This document shows positions 30,998 through 40,803 of a DNA stretch of 64,000 nt, in pieces (the stretch's first letter is position 1; each line of letters opens with the position of its first letter). The translations under genes were made by a program, and so were the position numbers. The stretch lies in contig CAXXKJ010000002.1 of assembly GCA_963675295.2 (NCBI GenBank), forward strand, positions 192,001-256,000, read 5' to 3'. A model generated the notes under the pieces. It ran no database searches. It was not told the origin of the DNA and worked only from the letters and a program-made list of their open reading frames with translations. This DNA is from a bacterium. GTDB lineage: Bacteria > Electryoneota > Electryoneia > Electryoneales > Electryoneaceae.

Positions 30998-32895
30998 CGG
31001 GTTGAGCGGAGTAAGTGTGAGGCTGCGCTTGGATATTTTCTGAGCCAAATGGCGCATGACCTCACCTGTATTATCTGTGGAATCACCGCGAACAATTTGA
31101 AACCCGACCTGTCTCAGACACGTTGGGTTTTTCTTGCCGTTACCTCCACCTTCTGATCGCTCACGGAGTTAGTATGTAAAAACGGTTCGGCTACCCTAAC
31201 TCGTTGCGGTTCAGCACGCTGCAAATTAGTTTCCATTTATGGATATAGTTAATCTTTATAACTGAGGTTTGCCATGAAGCACGCATCTCTGATTATCCTT
31301 GTTGTCCTGATTGCTGTTACCTCCTTCGCCCAGCCTCCGGAAGCAAACATCCTTTGGACAACGGATCATTACAGTCCTTCAGCCAGTTTCGATGTCGTGA
31401 AAACGGGCGGATATATCGTTGTCATCTATCAGACAATCTATCGCTTGGATGAGTCGGGAAATGTGTTGTGGACGAATGAATCTTCTGGCGAACGGTATCA
31501 TGATGTACTCGCGGTATCAGACGGAGGGTATCTGGTTTGCGGGAGAGTTAACTCGGACATCTATGTAGCAAAACGGGATGAAGACGGTGACCTAGTGTGG
31601 GAATTCGTTCAGGAATCTTCTGGTGATGGGACGTTTGCACAAAGCGCTGAGTTACCAGATGGTAGCTTTGTCTGTATGCAAAGGGATTACAACTATACAG
31701 AGATCTTTCGGTTTTCGTCTAACGGTGACTTACTTGAAATCAGAGACCTTGCTTATTCTGGCTACGATATGGAGGTGGTTTCCGACGGTATACTGATTGC
31801 TGGTCATGAAGGCGATCCATACTGGGGTGAACAAAACTACCGCTTGCAAAAAATAGGCTTCCAAGCTGGTCGCGGGTTTTTATTTCCTATCTATGGACCT
31901 TCCAGCGACTCAAGTTGCCGTTGCGTAATCGAACTGTCGAACGGTCTCATACTCGCCCTGGGTACTTACCCAGTGATTGGGCCGGTACTTGTTGTGCATG
32001 GTCCCAGAACAGGAACGGATCATCTGGTTCGCCGATGGCCCTATGAGAATTGGTTTGCCGCGGATTTATTAAAATCAGCTGACAACAAGTTGTTGGTGCT
32101 GTCGTCTATTAACGACTATGACCCTGGTTACAGAATCAGCAAGGTGAATATGGACCTTAGTGTACATTGGTCCGTTGAGCGAGACGATCGCAACATACCA
32201 GCTATGGCGGTCGCAAATGATGGCGGTCTTGTTTTGTTCGCCATAAGTTTTACTCAACATGACTTGGTTAAATTTGAACCAGAAGCATCCGTTAGCCTCG
32301 AAACCGACACGCAGATCGTCCCGCCCGGGGCTTCGACCATCCATATAAACACGACCGTCGACAACATCCTGCTTGACAACACGGACTTGGACCTTTGGAC
32401 CGTTTTATATCCACCGATTGGTGATCCGATTGTATCCGACGTTTTGACCGGCGTGACGCTGGTTCCGGGTGAAACACTGGCCCATGAAGATTCGCTCGTG
32501 GTGCTGGCTGGCTACCCAGCGGGCGAGTACATGTGCCGGGTTCATGTCGGCGATTTTGACAACAAAGTAACTATGGGTGCGTCAACCTTCGAATTCGAGA
32601 AACTGGCATCGACGACGACGCTCACAGCGGCTGACTCACGTAACCTGCTGCCGGACGACTGTACGCTCGTTGCGCATCCGAACCCGTTCAACGCTTTCGC
32701 GACGTTGACGTTAACCGTGCCGAAAGCGCAGAATGTGTGTGTCGAGGTGTATGCGACAACGGGTCAGAGAGTGACGACGCTGCACGACGGTCCGCTCGCG
32801 GCGGGCGTAAACACGTTAACGTTTAACGGCACCGGACTGGCGAGCGGCGTGTATCTCGTGCGCGCGGAAACAGAGGGTGCAACCCTGCATCGCAA
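30781..32895 (+). repeat. 198-bp direct repeat (30781-30978 and 32698-32895) covering the two CTD coding regions
   Basis: 194/198 identical by manual comparison. Confidence 0.9.
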
Positions 32896-32914
32896 ACTTG
32901 TCCTCGTTCGCTAG
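31274..32914 (+). CDS. paralog of the preceding T9SS cargo protein
   Basis: Signal peptide ending SFA-QPP; same architecture; CTD DNA nearly identical to the preceding gene. Confidence 0.82.
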   Translation: MKHASLIILVVLIAVTSFAQPPEANILWTTDHYSPSASFDVVKTGGYIVVIYQTIYRLDESGNVLWTNESSGERYHDVLAVSDGGYLVCGRVNSDIYVAKRDEDGDLVWEFVQESSGDGTFAQSAELPDGSFVCMQRDYNYTEIFRFSSNGDLLEIRDLAYSGYDMEVVSDGILIAGHEGDPYWGEQNYRLQKIGFQAGRGFLFPIYGPSSDSSCRCVIELSNGLILALGTYPVIGPVLVVHGPRTGTDHLVRRWPYENWFAADLLKSADNKLLVLSSINDYDPGYRISKVNMDLSVHWSVERDDRNIPAMAVANDGGLVLFAISFTQHDLVKFEPEASVSLETDTQIVPPGASTIHINTTVDNILLDNTDLDLWTVLYPPIGDPIVSDVLTGVTLVPGETLAHEDSLVVLAGYPAGEYMCRVHVGDFDNKVTMGASTFEFEKLASTTTLTAADSRNLLPDDCTLVAHPNPFNAFATLTLTVPKAQNVCVEVYATTGQRVTTLHDGPLAAGVNTLTFNGTGLASGVYLVRAETEGATLHRKLVLVR

Positions 32915-33098
32915 GGGAAATGTGAAGGGAATATGCGGCCGCGCTGGAAAATTCTGGCGCGGCTGTTTTGCTCCAGCCTGCTCCGAATCATGTTGATGTG
33001 TGATCCTCATCTCTCCAAATCCCGAAAACAGCCTTGTACCTTCGCCGGTCACGCGACAAGTTTGTCGCACCTGATCCGGTCTGTTTCTGAGGCATGCA

Positions 33099-34562
33099 AT
33101 GCGCTGGTTGGTTTATCCCTTCCTGATCCTGATGGCGGTGTCGGCGTTCGCGCAGCCGCCAACGGTGCTCTGGAATCACTCGTATGGCGACGGAACGTCC
33201 GAGGAAGTCCATTCCGTGCGGCCGGTGCCCGGCGGCGGGTTCATCCTCGCGGGGGTCACGGACGAGGGGTCCGGCTACACCGCCGCGTGGTTGCTGCGTG
33301 CGGACGAAAACGGAGAAGAGCTGTGGTCGTCGGTCAATGGCGGCGACCTCGCGAACGCGGTCTACTACGCCGAACCCACCGAAGACGGCTTCATCCAGTG
33401 CGGGTCAACGTGGTCCTATTCAGGCAACGATTCGTGGGACGCGTACATCGGCCTGCTCAACGCGGACGGCCAGCCGCAATGGCAACGTCTGTTCGGATCG
33501 GCCACGCGAAACGATTGGTTCAACTGCGCGCGTGTCGTGCCGGACGGCGGCTTCATCGCCTGCGGTTACCTCGCCAACCAGCCAAGTTTGTGGCGGATCG
33601 GCCCGCAGGGATCGGTGTACTGGGTGCGTAACCAGCGCGAGGGCGAGCAGAACGATTTCACCTTCGTGGAACCGGTCACGGACGGCTTCCTCGCAGCGAT
33701 GGTCGATTCGTCCCGCTTCGCCGTGCTTCGGATTGAATCCAACGGCGACTTCCGCTGGCGCTACCTCGACGACGAGGTTGGCGCGGCGGAATGTGTCCGT
33801 GCGCGGGAGGACGGCTCGATTTTCGCCTGTGGCTATCGTGAACCGGTTGGCGGAATGAACCGTGCGTGGCTGGTGATGCGCCTGTCAGCGGACGGTGTCC
33901 CGGTGTGGACGGATATAATCGACGATCCCGCCGCGCAAACGGCGGAAGACTTATGGTTCACTGCTGATGATAAACTGATCGTGAGTGGCTGGTCGCAGCA
34001 GCTGGACGGGTCGGTCGACCGTTGGCTGATCAAGTACGACCTCGACGGCAACCGTCTCTGGCAGTTCACCCTCCCCGGCGGCCGGGCGAACAGCGTCGCG
34101 CAGGCGTGGGATGGCGGCTATGTCTTCGCCGGCACACACGGCTCAACCCCGCACGAATCCGTCGATTTCCGCCTGTTCAAGACGACTCCGGAAGTGACAG
34201 TGGATGTCGCGCCGTTGTGGAATACCGTCCCGCCACAGGGGCAGGTGCTGCTGTTTTCCGCCGAGCTGAGCAATATCCTCACCGAGCCGACACCGGCGGA
34301 TGTGTGGGTTCGAGTGACGACACCGGGCGGACTGTCGGTGCCGGTTGGCGATCTGGCGGTCACCCTGCAGCCCGGTGCCACGTTTGCCCGCCCCTCCGCA
34401 CCGTTGTTCGTGCCCGCTCCCGCGCCGGGTGGGGTGTATACGGTGAACGTGTACATCGGCGACCGGGACGAGGACCGGCATCTCGGTGTGGGCTCCTTCC
34501 GCTTCTACAAAAACGGGCAGGGGATGTTCGAAATGATCCCGGGTGGAAACTCGGGACGTTGA
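33099..34562 (+). CDS. secreted beta-propeller protein + shared Ig-like domain, no T9SS CTD
   Basis: Signal peptide ending AFA-QPP; DGGFI/W..K repeats; ends shortly after SFRFYK. Confidence 0.8.
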   Translation: MRWLVYPFLILMAVSAFAQPPTVLWNHSYGDGTSEEVHSVRPVPGGGFILAGVTDEGSGYTAAWLLRADENGEELWSSVNGGDLANAVYYAEPTEDGFIQCGSTWSYSGNDSWDAYIGLLNADGQPQWQRLFGSATRNDWFNCARVVPDGGFIACGYLANQPSLWRIGPQGSVYWVRNQREGEQNDFTFVEPVTDGFLAAMVDSSRFAVLRIESNGDFRWRYLDDEVGAAECVRAREDGSIFACGYREPVGGMNRAWLVMRLSADGVPVWTDIIDDPAAQTAEDLWFTADDKLIVSGWSQQLDGSVDRWLIKYDLDGNRLWQFTLPGGRANSVAQAWDGGYVFAGTHGSTPHESVDFRLFKTTPEVTVDVAPLWNTVPPQGQVLLFSAELSNILTEPTPADVWVRVTTPGGLSVPVGDLAVTLQPGATFARPSAPLFVPAPAPGGVYTVNVYIGDRDEDRHLGVGSFRFYKNGQGMFEMIPGGNSGR

Positions 34563-34642
34563 AATTCGTATACTCGGACAGACCTGTTTCACGACCCGGA
34601 CAGCCAGTGTACCGCCAAACCTCGCAGCTTTCACGATCCTCG

Positions 34643-34704
34643 CGTCCGCGTCCGCAAGCGGACACGGGCACATCCGTTCATGCCCCAGACATTTATGTCT
34701 GGGA
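34643..34704. repeat. composite of two palindromes (GTCCGCGTCCGC-AA-GCGGACACGGGC and CCCAGACAT-TT-ATGTCTGGG)
   Basis: Both have related copies elsewhere in the window (17432-17464; 17855-17876; 19896-19983). Confidence 0.7.
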
Positions 34705-34741
34705 TCATCCGCACACCAGAACGGCTACCATCGCGACCATC

Positions 34742-35287
34742 GTGATCACGTTGTTCGTCTTCGCCGCAACCCTCTTCTCTCCAGCGCCCACCTTCGCCCA
34801 GGGCCGGGAGGGCGACTTGTACTCGTTCGTGCGCTCGTACCTGCAGGACGACGGCTGGAATCCGCAGCCGGTGCCGGACATGAACGCCATCGAGACCGGG
34901 TTTCAGGGTGACAATGGGACCTTGTTCTGCCGTGCGTTCATGCTGGAGGAGAAGCGCCAGATTGTGTTCTATTCGGTGTTGCCGAACAAGACGCCGCTGC
35001 ACCGCCGGGTAAAGGCGATGGAGTTTATCACCCGCGCCAACTTCGGGCTCGGCATCGGCAACTTCGAGCTTGACCTCAACGACGGCGAGATTCGCTTCAA
35101 GACGAGTATCGACGTCGAAGGCGGGCAAATCACTCCGACGCAGCTGGAGACGCTGATCTATATCAATGTGCTGACGATGGATCGTTATCTTCCTGGATTG
35201 AACGCGGTGATGTTCGGCGATCTGGACCCGCTGGACGCGCTGCAGGAAGTGCAGGACGAACTGGAGGCCGGAAGTTCCGGTGGCTGA
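34742..35287 (+). CDS. YbjN-like (T3SS-chaperone fold) protein with N-terminal hydrophobic segment
   Basis: EFITRANFGLGIGNFELDLNDGEIRFKTSIDV motif; start codon uncertain. Confidence 0.7.
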   Translation: MITLFVFAATLFSPAPTFAQGREGDLYSFVRSYLQDDGWNPQPVPDMNAIETGFQGDNGTLFCRAFMLEEKRQIVFYSVLPNKTPLHRRVKAMEFITRANFGLGIGNFELDLNDGEIRFKTSIDVEGGQITPTQLETLIYINVLTMDRYLPGLNAVMFGDLDPLDALQEVQDELEAGSSGG

Positions 35288-35906
35288 CGAAACCCCTCCT
35301 GATCAATACCTCACGCTCGCCCGTCCCGGCGAAGCGCAACTCAAGGAAAAGGGCAGCCAGTTCCTGGCGTACGCCTATCCCATCCGTGACGCTGAACAGG
35401 CGGATAAGCTGCTCGCCGATTTGTGGAAGCAGTATCACGACGCGACGCACATCGGCTGGGCGCGACGCCTCGCTCCGCCTCCGCAGGGCGAAGAAAAGTG
35501 GTCGGACGACGGCGAACCGAACGGCTCCACCGGACCACCAATCTTGAACGCGATCAAGGGCGAGGATCTGTGGGGCGTGTTTGTTGCTGTGGTACGGTAT
35601 TACGGCGGCACGAAACTCGGCGTCGGCGGCTTGGTGCGTGCGTACGGTGGCGCGGCGGCGGACGTGCTCGCGTTAACGAAAAAGCAGACCATCATCCGCA
35701 CGAAAACGTTGCGGGTCAGCATCCCGCATGACCGTGCCGGTGCGATTTACGCCCTTTGTGACCGGATGGAGATCCGCATCGACACCCCGGGCTACACCGA
35801 GACGGGCTTGTTGTTGCCGTTGATTGTTCCGTTGTCCCGTGTGGACGTTGTCGAGGCAGCCGTGATCGATGTTTCCGCCGGACGTGCTGAGGTTACCCGC
35901 GGATGA
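35280..35906 (+). CDS. YigZ/IMPACT family protein
   Basis: EKGSQF, ATH, SDDGEP.G, VVRYYGGTKLGVGGLVRAY. Confidence 0.92.
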   Translation: MADETPPDQYLTLARPGEAQLKEKGSQFLAYAYPIRDAEQADKLLADLWKQYHDATHIGWARRLAPPPQGEEKWSDDGEPNGSTGPPILNAIKGEDLWGVFVAVVRYYGGTKLGVGGLVRAYGGAAADVLALTKKQTIIRTKTLRVSIPHDRAGAIYALCDRMEIRIDTPGYTETGLLLPLIVPLSRVDVVEAAVIDVSAGRAEVTRG

Positions 35907-37156
35907 CCGAAGAAATCCTCATCGTGATCGCGCTGGTGTTGAGCGCGTTTTTCTCCGGCACCGAGACCGCGTACACCGTCTCCGGGCGTCTCGCGATGGA
36001 AGTCTACAAGCGGCACAACCGTCCCGGCGCGAAAGCCGCCAGCCGTCTGTACGCCAACCCCACCCTGCTGTTCAACACAACACTGGTCGGCAACAACCTG
36101 GTCGGCGTGCTGTACGCATCCGTTGCGGCGGTGTGGCTGGACCGGATTGGCGTGCCGGTGGAATGGATTTTCGTCATCAGCCCGACAATCGTGCTCATCT
36201 TCGGTGAAATTCTGCCGAAAACGTTCGCCCGTGAGACGGCGGAGCGCTGGGCGCTGCGTGCCGGCGGACCGTTATGGATCTCGCGAATCCTGTTTGCTCC
36301 GTTGATTGTGGTCACCCGCGCCTCGAGCTCGCTGCTGCTGCGCATGTTCGGGATGAAGGACGAGAACCGCGACTTCAGCACCATCAGCCTCGGCGACCTG
36401 ACCGGTGTCTGGGGCCAGCTGCACACTGAGGGCTCGCTGGACGCCGAAGAGAAGGAGCTGCTCGATCACGCGGTGGCGTTACGGGATGTCAAGATGCGTG
36501 AGATCATGACACCGCGTGCGGATGTTGTCGCGTTGCCGGTCGAGGCGACGATTGAGGAGGCGGAACACCTGGTCAGCCAGCGCGGCTACACCCGCATTCC
36601 GGTGTTTGAGGGCAATCTCGACAACGTGGTCGGGGTTTTGCTCGCACAGGAGTTGCTCGGCGAACCGGACTCGTTGCACTCCATTTTGCGAGAGCCGAAG
36701 GTGGTGCCGGAGCAGGCCTACGCCAACCGCTTCCTGCATGAGTTTCGCCGGGGCGAAGTAGGGCTCGCGATTGTGATTGACGAACACGGCGGCACCGCCG
36801 GTGTGGTTACGCTGGAGGATTTTCTCGAGCGGCTGGTGGGTGCCATCGAGGACGAACACGACCCGCAGGCGATGTCCGGCCGCAAGGTGAGCAACGACAG
36901 CTGGCTGGTATCCGGACGGGCGTCGCTGGAATTGTTGCGCGACAAGTGGGGCATCAAGCTGCCGGAAGGGGATTACGAAACCATCGCCGGCTGGTTGCTG
37001 GATGAACTCGACCGGATACCCGATCCTGGCGAGTTTGTTGATGTGGGACGTTGGCGAGTGCGTGTGGTCGCGACCGATCCGCGCCGGATCAAACGGGTGT
37101 TGATCCGGAAGATGCAGGCCCGCAGCGCGAAACCCCGCATTTCCAATCGGAAGTAG
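35903..37156 (+). CDS. HlyC/CorC (CNNM + CBS + CorC) transporter-family protein
   Basis: SAFFSGTETA, LVGNN, FGEILPK, IMTPR, VIDEHGGTAGVVTLED, YETIAG. Confidence 0.92.
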   Translation: MTEEILIVIALVLSAFFSGTETAYTVSGRLAMEVYKRHNRPGAKAASRLYANPTLLFNTTLVGNNLVGVLYASVAAVWLDRIGVPVEWIFVISPTIVLIFGEILPKTFARETAERWALRAGGPLWISRILFAPLIVVTRASSSLLLRMFGMKDENRDFSTISLGDLTGVWGQLHTEGSLDAEEKELLDHAVALRDVKMREIMTPRADVVALPVEATIEEAEHLVSQRGYTRIPVFEGNLDNVVGVLLAQELLGEPDSLHSILREPKVVPEQAYANRFLHEFRRGEVGLAIVIDEHGGTAGVVTLEDFLERLVGAIEDEHDPQAMSGRKVSNDSWLVSGRASLELLRDKWGIKLPEGDYETIAGWLLDELDRIPDPGEFVDVGRWRVRVVATDPRRIKRVLIRKMQARSAKPRISNRK

Positions 37157-37301
37157 TCAGGATTCTCTGTATCTCCGACCGGAAACAGTTGGTACTCTCT
37201 TGCCCGCGTTGGCTTTGACAACGCGGGTTATCTGTCACGTGCGGATTAGCCCTGCTGGCGTAGCCATCAGGGGCACATACGTTTCCCCGTCAATTGCTCG
37301 T

Positions 37302-37427
37302 TTTGCATCAGTTTCTTGTGTTGCGTCAGTTACGTCTTTTGCATCAGTTTTTTCTGTTCCGTCTTTTGCTTCTTTTGTATCCGTTGCATCTTTTGCGTCT
37401 TTTGCATCCCTTGCTTCTGTTGCGTCA
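37302..37427. repeat. degenerate 9-bp tandem array, 14 units (consensus NTTGCRTCN)
   Basis: Parses in register, e.g. tttgcatca/gttgcgtca/gttacgtct/tttgcgtct. Confidence 0.85.
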
Positions 37428-38054
37428 GTCAATCATCACCAGCCGGTAGCCGGTACCGGACATTTCGAACACCCGGTCCGCAAACTCTTTCGCCTCATCT
37501 TCCTTCGCGAACCGTCCTACCCGAACCGCGTACAGTGTCTTCCCGATCGCGGGGATTTCGTCCACCTGGACCGTATACCCGAGGTCACGCTGTTGTCCGG
37601 CGAGACGGTCAGCGTTCCGCCGGCTGGAAAACGCTCCGATCTGCACCGACCACGCGCGATCAGTCGGCTTTTCCGGCAGTCCGTTGTGGAACAGGCTGAC
37701 CGATTCGATACCGTGTTCGTGCAACCATGCCGCAGAGCTGCGAACCAGCGCCGGTTCGTTGATCAGCGACGCGTACCCGTACAGCCGTTGCCACGCAATC
37801 GCCTGCAACGGGATTGGCAGTTCCGCCTCACGGGTGATGCGTTTGTAGACAGGGATCGCGTCGAGCACGTTGTCGGTTGCCAGCGCCGCCGCCAGATCGC
37901 CCTCCGGCGAACCGTGCATACGGTCGGCGACGATTCGCAGCGAATCGATGTCGCCGTTAATGGTATACCGCACCAGCGGGTGCTCCGCGTGGATGGCGGA
38001 TGCGAACAGGAGCAGGATCAGGCTGATCACAGCCGGGTAGAATTTCATCATCAT
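37425..38054 (-). CDS. SPOR-domain protein
   Basis: Signal peptide ending IHA; WSVQIGAFSSRRNA, YAVRVGRF. Confidence 0.85.
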   Translation of the reverse strand: MMMKFYPAVISLILLLFASAIHAEHPLVRYTINGDIDSLRIVADRMHGSPEGDLAAALATDNVLDAIPVYKRITREAELPIPLQAIAWQRLYGYASLINEPALVRSSAAWLHEHGIESVSLFHNGLPEKPTDRAWSVQIGAFSSRRNADRLAGQQRDLGYTVQVDEIPAIGKTLYAVRVGRFAKEDEAKEFADRVFEMSGTGYRLVMID

Positions 38055-38357
38055 GGCCTGAAAATGACACGGGAACCGGTTTTCCGCAAGCGCTGAAAGG
38101 TATACGATTGATACCCGCCGTTCGCGGGGTTGGTTTCGTTCCGCGCCGGTTTTCACCAAAATAGCCTATAGCAGACAGTTCGCGTCTGTGATTCCATCGC
38201 GAATTCGAGAGAATGTGCGGTCTCTCGGGCCGGATTTTTGTGCAGGAAAATGGCTGATTGCGTGGCGCGGTTGAGTCCCAGTCCGTAGGTTACCGTTGAT
38301 AACCAAAACGGGGTTTTTTCAGCATTCTTTGAACGGCCACCGAAAGGGAGATTGGCG

Positions 38358-40535
38358 ATGAAACACTTCGTTCTCTGGATGACATTAGGCTGCCTGCTTA
38401 TGGCGGGCGTCGTGCAGGCCGCGCCATCATTGCTTGGCGACAAGCTGATGACGGAGATGCAGCAGGCGGATGCGGATGAATTAATCCATGTCCTCGTACT
38501 GATGAGTCCGGAACCGGACGGCCAGGCGATGATGAATTACGTGCAGGGTGTGCGGGCCAGCGACCGCGCCGCATTGGTCTGGGACGCGTTGAAGACTCAG
38601 GCGGATGAGGCTCAGTCGGATATGCTGGACATGCTCTACGATTTCGAGCAGGACGGTTCGGCGGAACACATTCGGCAGCTGGTGATGGGCAACTCGGTGG
38701 ACGCGTGGGTGAAGCCGCACGTGGTCCGCGCGATCACCCGTCAGCACAGCGTGCGCAAGGTTGTATTGCTCGATGAACAGCTGGTGATCCCGCGCGAGGA
38801 AGCGCGTCCCGCCAGCAGCCAGCTCGAAGAAATCGACTGGGGCGTGCTGCAGATTGACGCGCCGGATGTCTGGGACATGGGCTACACCGGTGAAGGTGTG
38901 GTTGTCGGCGTGATGGACACCGGCTGCAACTGGAACCACCTCGACCTCGCGACACACATGTGGGACGGCGGCGCGAGCTACCCGAACCACGGCTACGACT
39001 TCTCGAACAACGACGACAACCCGATGGACGGTCACGGTCATGGAACACACGTCAGCGGCACGGTTGCCAGCGACGGCACCGCCGGCTCGCAGTGCGGTGT
39101 GGCACCGGACGCGCAGATCATGGCGCTGAAGGTGTTGAGCGACGGTGGTTCGGGTTCGTATGCCAATGTCTGGGCCGCGCTTGACTTCGCGATGGCCAAT
39201 GGCGCGGATGTGGTCACCATGAGCGCTGGCTGGCACAGCGTGGACGCGACCTCGCGTGCGACATTCCGTGAACACTACGTGCTGCTCAGCGCGGCGAACA
39301 TCGTCTCGACCAACTCCGCCGGCAACGACGGCGGCAACATGAGCTGGTATCCGATTCCGGACAATGTGAAGACGCCGGCAAGTGTCCCACCGCCGTGGAT
39401 CAACCCGGAAACCCCGGGCACCGGCGAAGCCGCCGGGCAGATCACCGTCGGTTCGACCGACACCAATGACGGTCTGTCGTATTTCTCCAGCCGTGGTCCG
39501 GTCACCTGGGAGAACGAAAGCCCGTGGTTTGACTGGGTGTACGCCAACGGTTCACAGGACGGCCTGATGAAGCCGGACGTGTCCGCGCCGGGCGAAGATA
39601 TCAAGTCCTGCGACTACAACAACACGAGCGGTTACACGCTGAAGTCCGGTACCTCGATGGCGACGCCGCATGTCGCCGGTCTGTGCGCGCTGCTGAAGAG
39701 CGTCAGCCTGGACCTGACTCCGGCGAACATCAACGAGATCCTCGAGACGACGGCGATTGACATGCTTGCCCCGGGCAAGGACAACGACTCCGGCGCCGGC
39801 CGTGTCGACGCGGTCGCCGCAGCGCAGATGGCGGAATCGTTCCTCACCGACATCCAGGTCCACCTGACCCCAGCCTATGATCCGCCGTACATCATTCCGG
39901 GCTCGGGCGGCACACTGCATTTCGCGGCGAACATCGGCAACAACTACACTGTTGCCACGCCGGGCCAGATCCGCACCCTCGTCATCCTGCCGAACGGCAA
40001 CGAGTATCCGCTGGACACGTACAACGTGACCTTCCAGCCGGGTGTGGACATCAATGTGCCGAACGCGTCGCAGTTCGTTCCGGCGATGGCACCGACCGGG
40101 ATTTATTCGTACGTCGCCCGTGGCGGCACCACCCCGTGGACGCTGGTCGATGAGGACAGCTTCGAGTTCCGCAAGTTCAATTTCGCCGCCGAGTCGGTCG
40201 ACAACGAATGGACCCGCAGTGACTGGTTCGAGGTGGCGGCGGATGATGCGGCTGTCGTGACCATTCCGGGCGAGTACAGCCTCGGTGTCGCGTATCCGAA
40301 CCCGTTCAACCCGACGACCACGGTCGCGGTGAACCTGCCGGAAACGGCGGAGCTGACGGTGAATGTCTACAACGTCACCGGGCAGATTGTCGCGACGCTG
40401 GCGAACGGTACCATCAACGCCGGCCAGCATCAGCTCGTGTTTGACGGTGCGAACCTGTCCAGCGGCCTCTACTTCATTCATGCGTCCGTGCCGGGTCAGA
40501 TGGATGCGATCCAGAAGGTTACGTTGATGAAGTAA
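38358..40535 (+). CDS. S8 subtilase with propeptide, shared Ig-like domain and T9SS CTD
   Basis: VMDTG, HGTH, SAGN, KPDVSAPG, GTSMATPH; AYPNPFNP. Confidence 0.93.
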   Translation: MKHFVLWMTLGCLLMAGVVQAAPSLLGDKLMTEMQQADADELIHVLVLMSPEPDGQAMMNYVQGVRASDRAALVWDALKTQADEAQSDMLDMLYDFEQDGSAEHIRQLVMGNSVDAWVKPHVVRAITRQHSVRKVVLLDEQLVIPREEARPASSQLEEIDWGVLQIDAPDVWDMGYTGEGVVVGVMDTGCNWNHLDLATHMWDGGASYPNHGYDFSNNDDNPMDGHGHGTHVSGTVASDGTAGSQCGVAPDAQIMALKVLSDGGSGSYANVWAALDFAMANGADVVTMSAGWHSVDATSRATFREHYVLLSAANIVSTNSAGNDGGNMSWYPIPDNVKTPASVPPPWINPETPGTGEAAGQITVGSTDTNDGLSYFSSRGPVTWENESPWFDWVYANGSQDGLMKPDVSAPGEDIKSCDYNNTSGYTLKSGTSMATPHVAGLCALLKSVSLDLTPANINEILETTAIDMLAPGKDNDSGAGRVDAVAAAQMAESFLTDIQVHLTPAYDPPYIIPGSGGTLHFAANIGNNYTVATPGQIRTLVILPNGNEYPLDTYNVTFQPGVDINVPNASQFVPAMAPTGIYSYVARGGTTPWTLVDEDSFEFRKFNFAAESVDNEWTRSDWFEVAADDAAVVTIPGEYSLGVAYPNPFNPTTTVAVNLPETAELTVNVYNVTGQIVATLANGTINAGQHQLVFDGANLSSGLYFIHASVPGQMDAIQKVTLMK

Positions 40536-40538
40536 CCG

Positions 40539-40641
40539 CAGTTGCGCATCTCTGGCCTTTCGTCTCTAGAATGGCCGGAACGGCGCGTATGAGTTGAGAT
40601 TCCCCGGGGACATGCTGCTGCCAGCGTGTCCCCGTTTTTGT
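40539..40641 (+). repeat. conserved structured 3' element with terminator (copy 1)
   Basis: Similar to 42987-43088; ends in GGGGACA...TGTCCCC followed by a T tract. Confidence 0.7.
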
Positions 40642-40803
40642 CTCAACAGGTTGATCGTACACGAGCTATCGCGCCTCTCTTTTTTCACCTCACAAGTGAC
40701 TTTCGTCGCGGAAACCGTGGTCCATGGGTTCCCGGAATTCGTAGCTTTTGGGGTTACCATAAACACGGCAGAAACGCCTTTCGATGACCAGGAGGAAATC
40801 ACG

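Noticed and set aside
30781-32895. Diversity-generating retroelement TR/VR pair (3 of 4 mismatches are A to G)
   Set aside because: Only four differences, mostly ordinary transitions; both copies are coding CTDs; no reverse transcriptase or Avd gene in the window.
34022-34600. 421-aa ORF as one protein
   Set aside because: The N-terminal part overlaps the 33099-34562 gene in another frame and is low-complexity Arg/Pro-rich; only the YbjN-like C-terminal part is credible.
37302-37427. CRISPR array
   Set aside because: Contiguous 9-bp degenerate units with no spacers and no cas genes.
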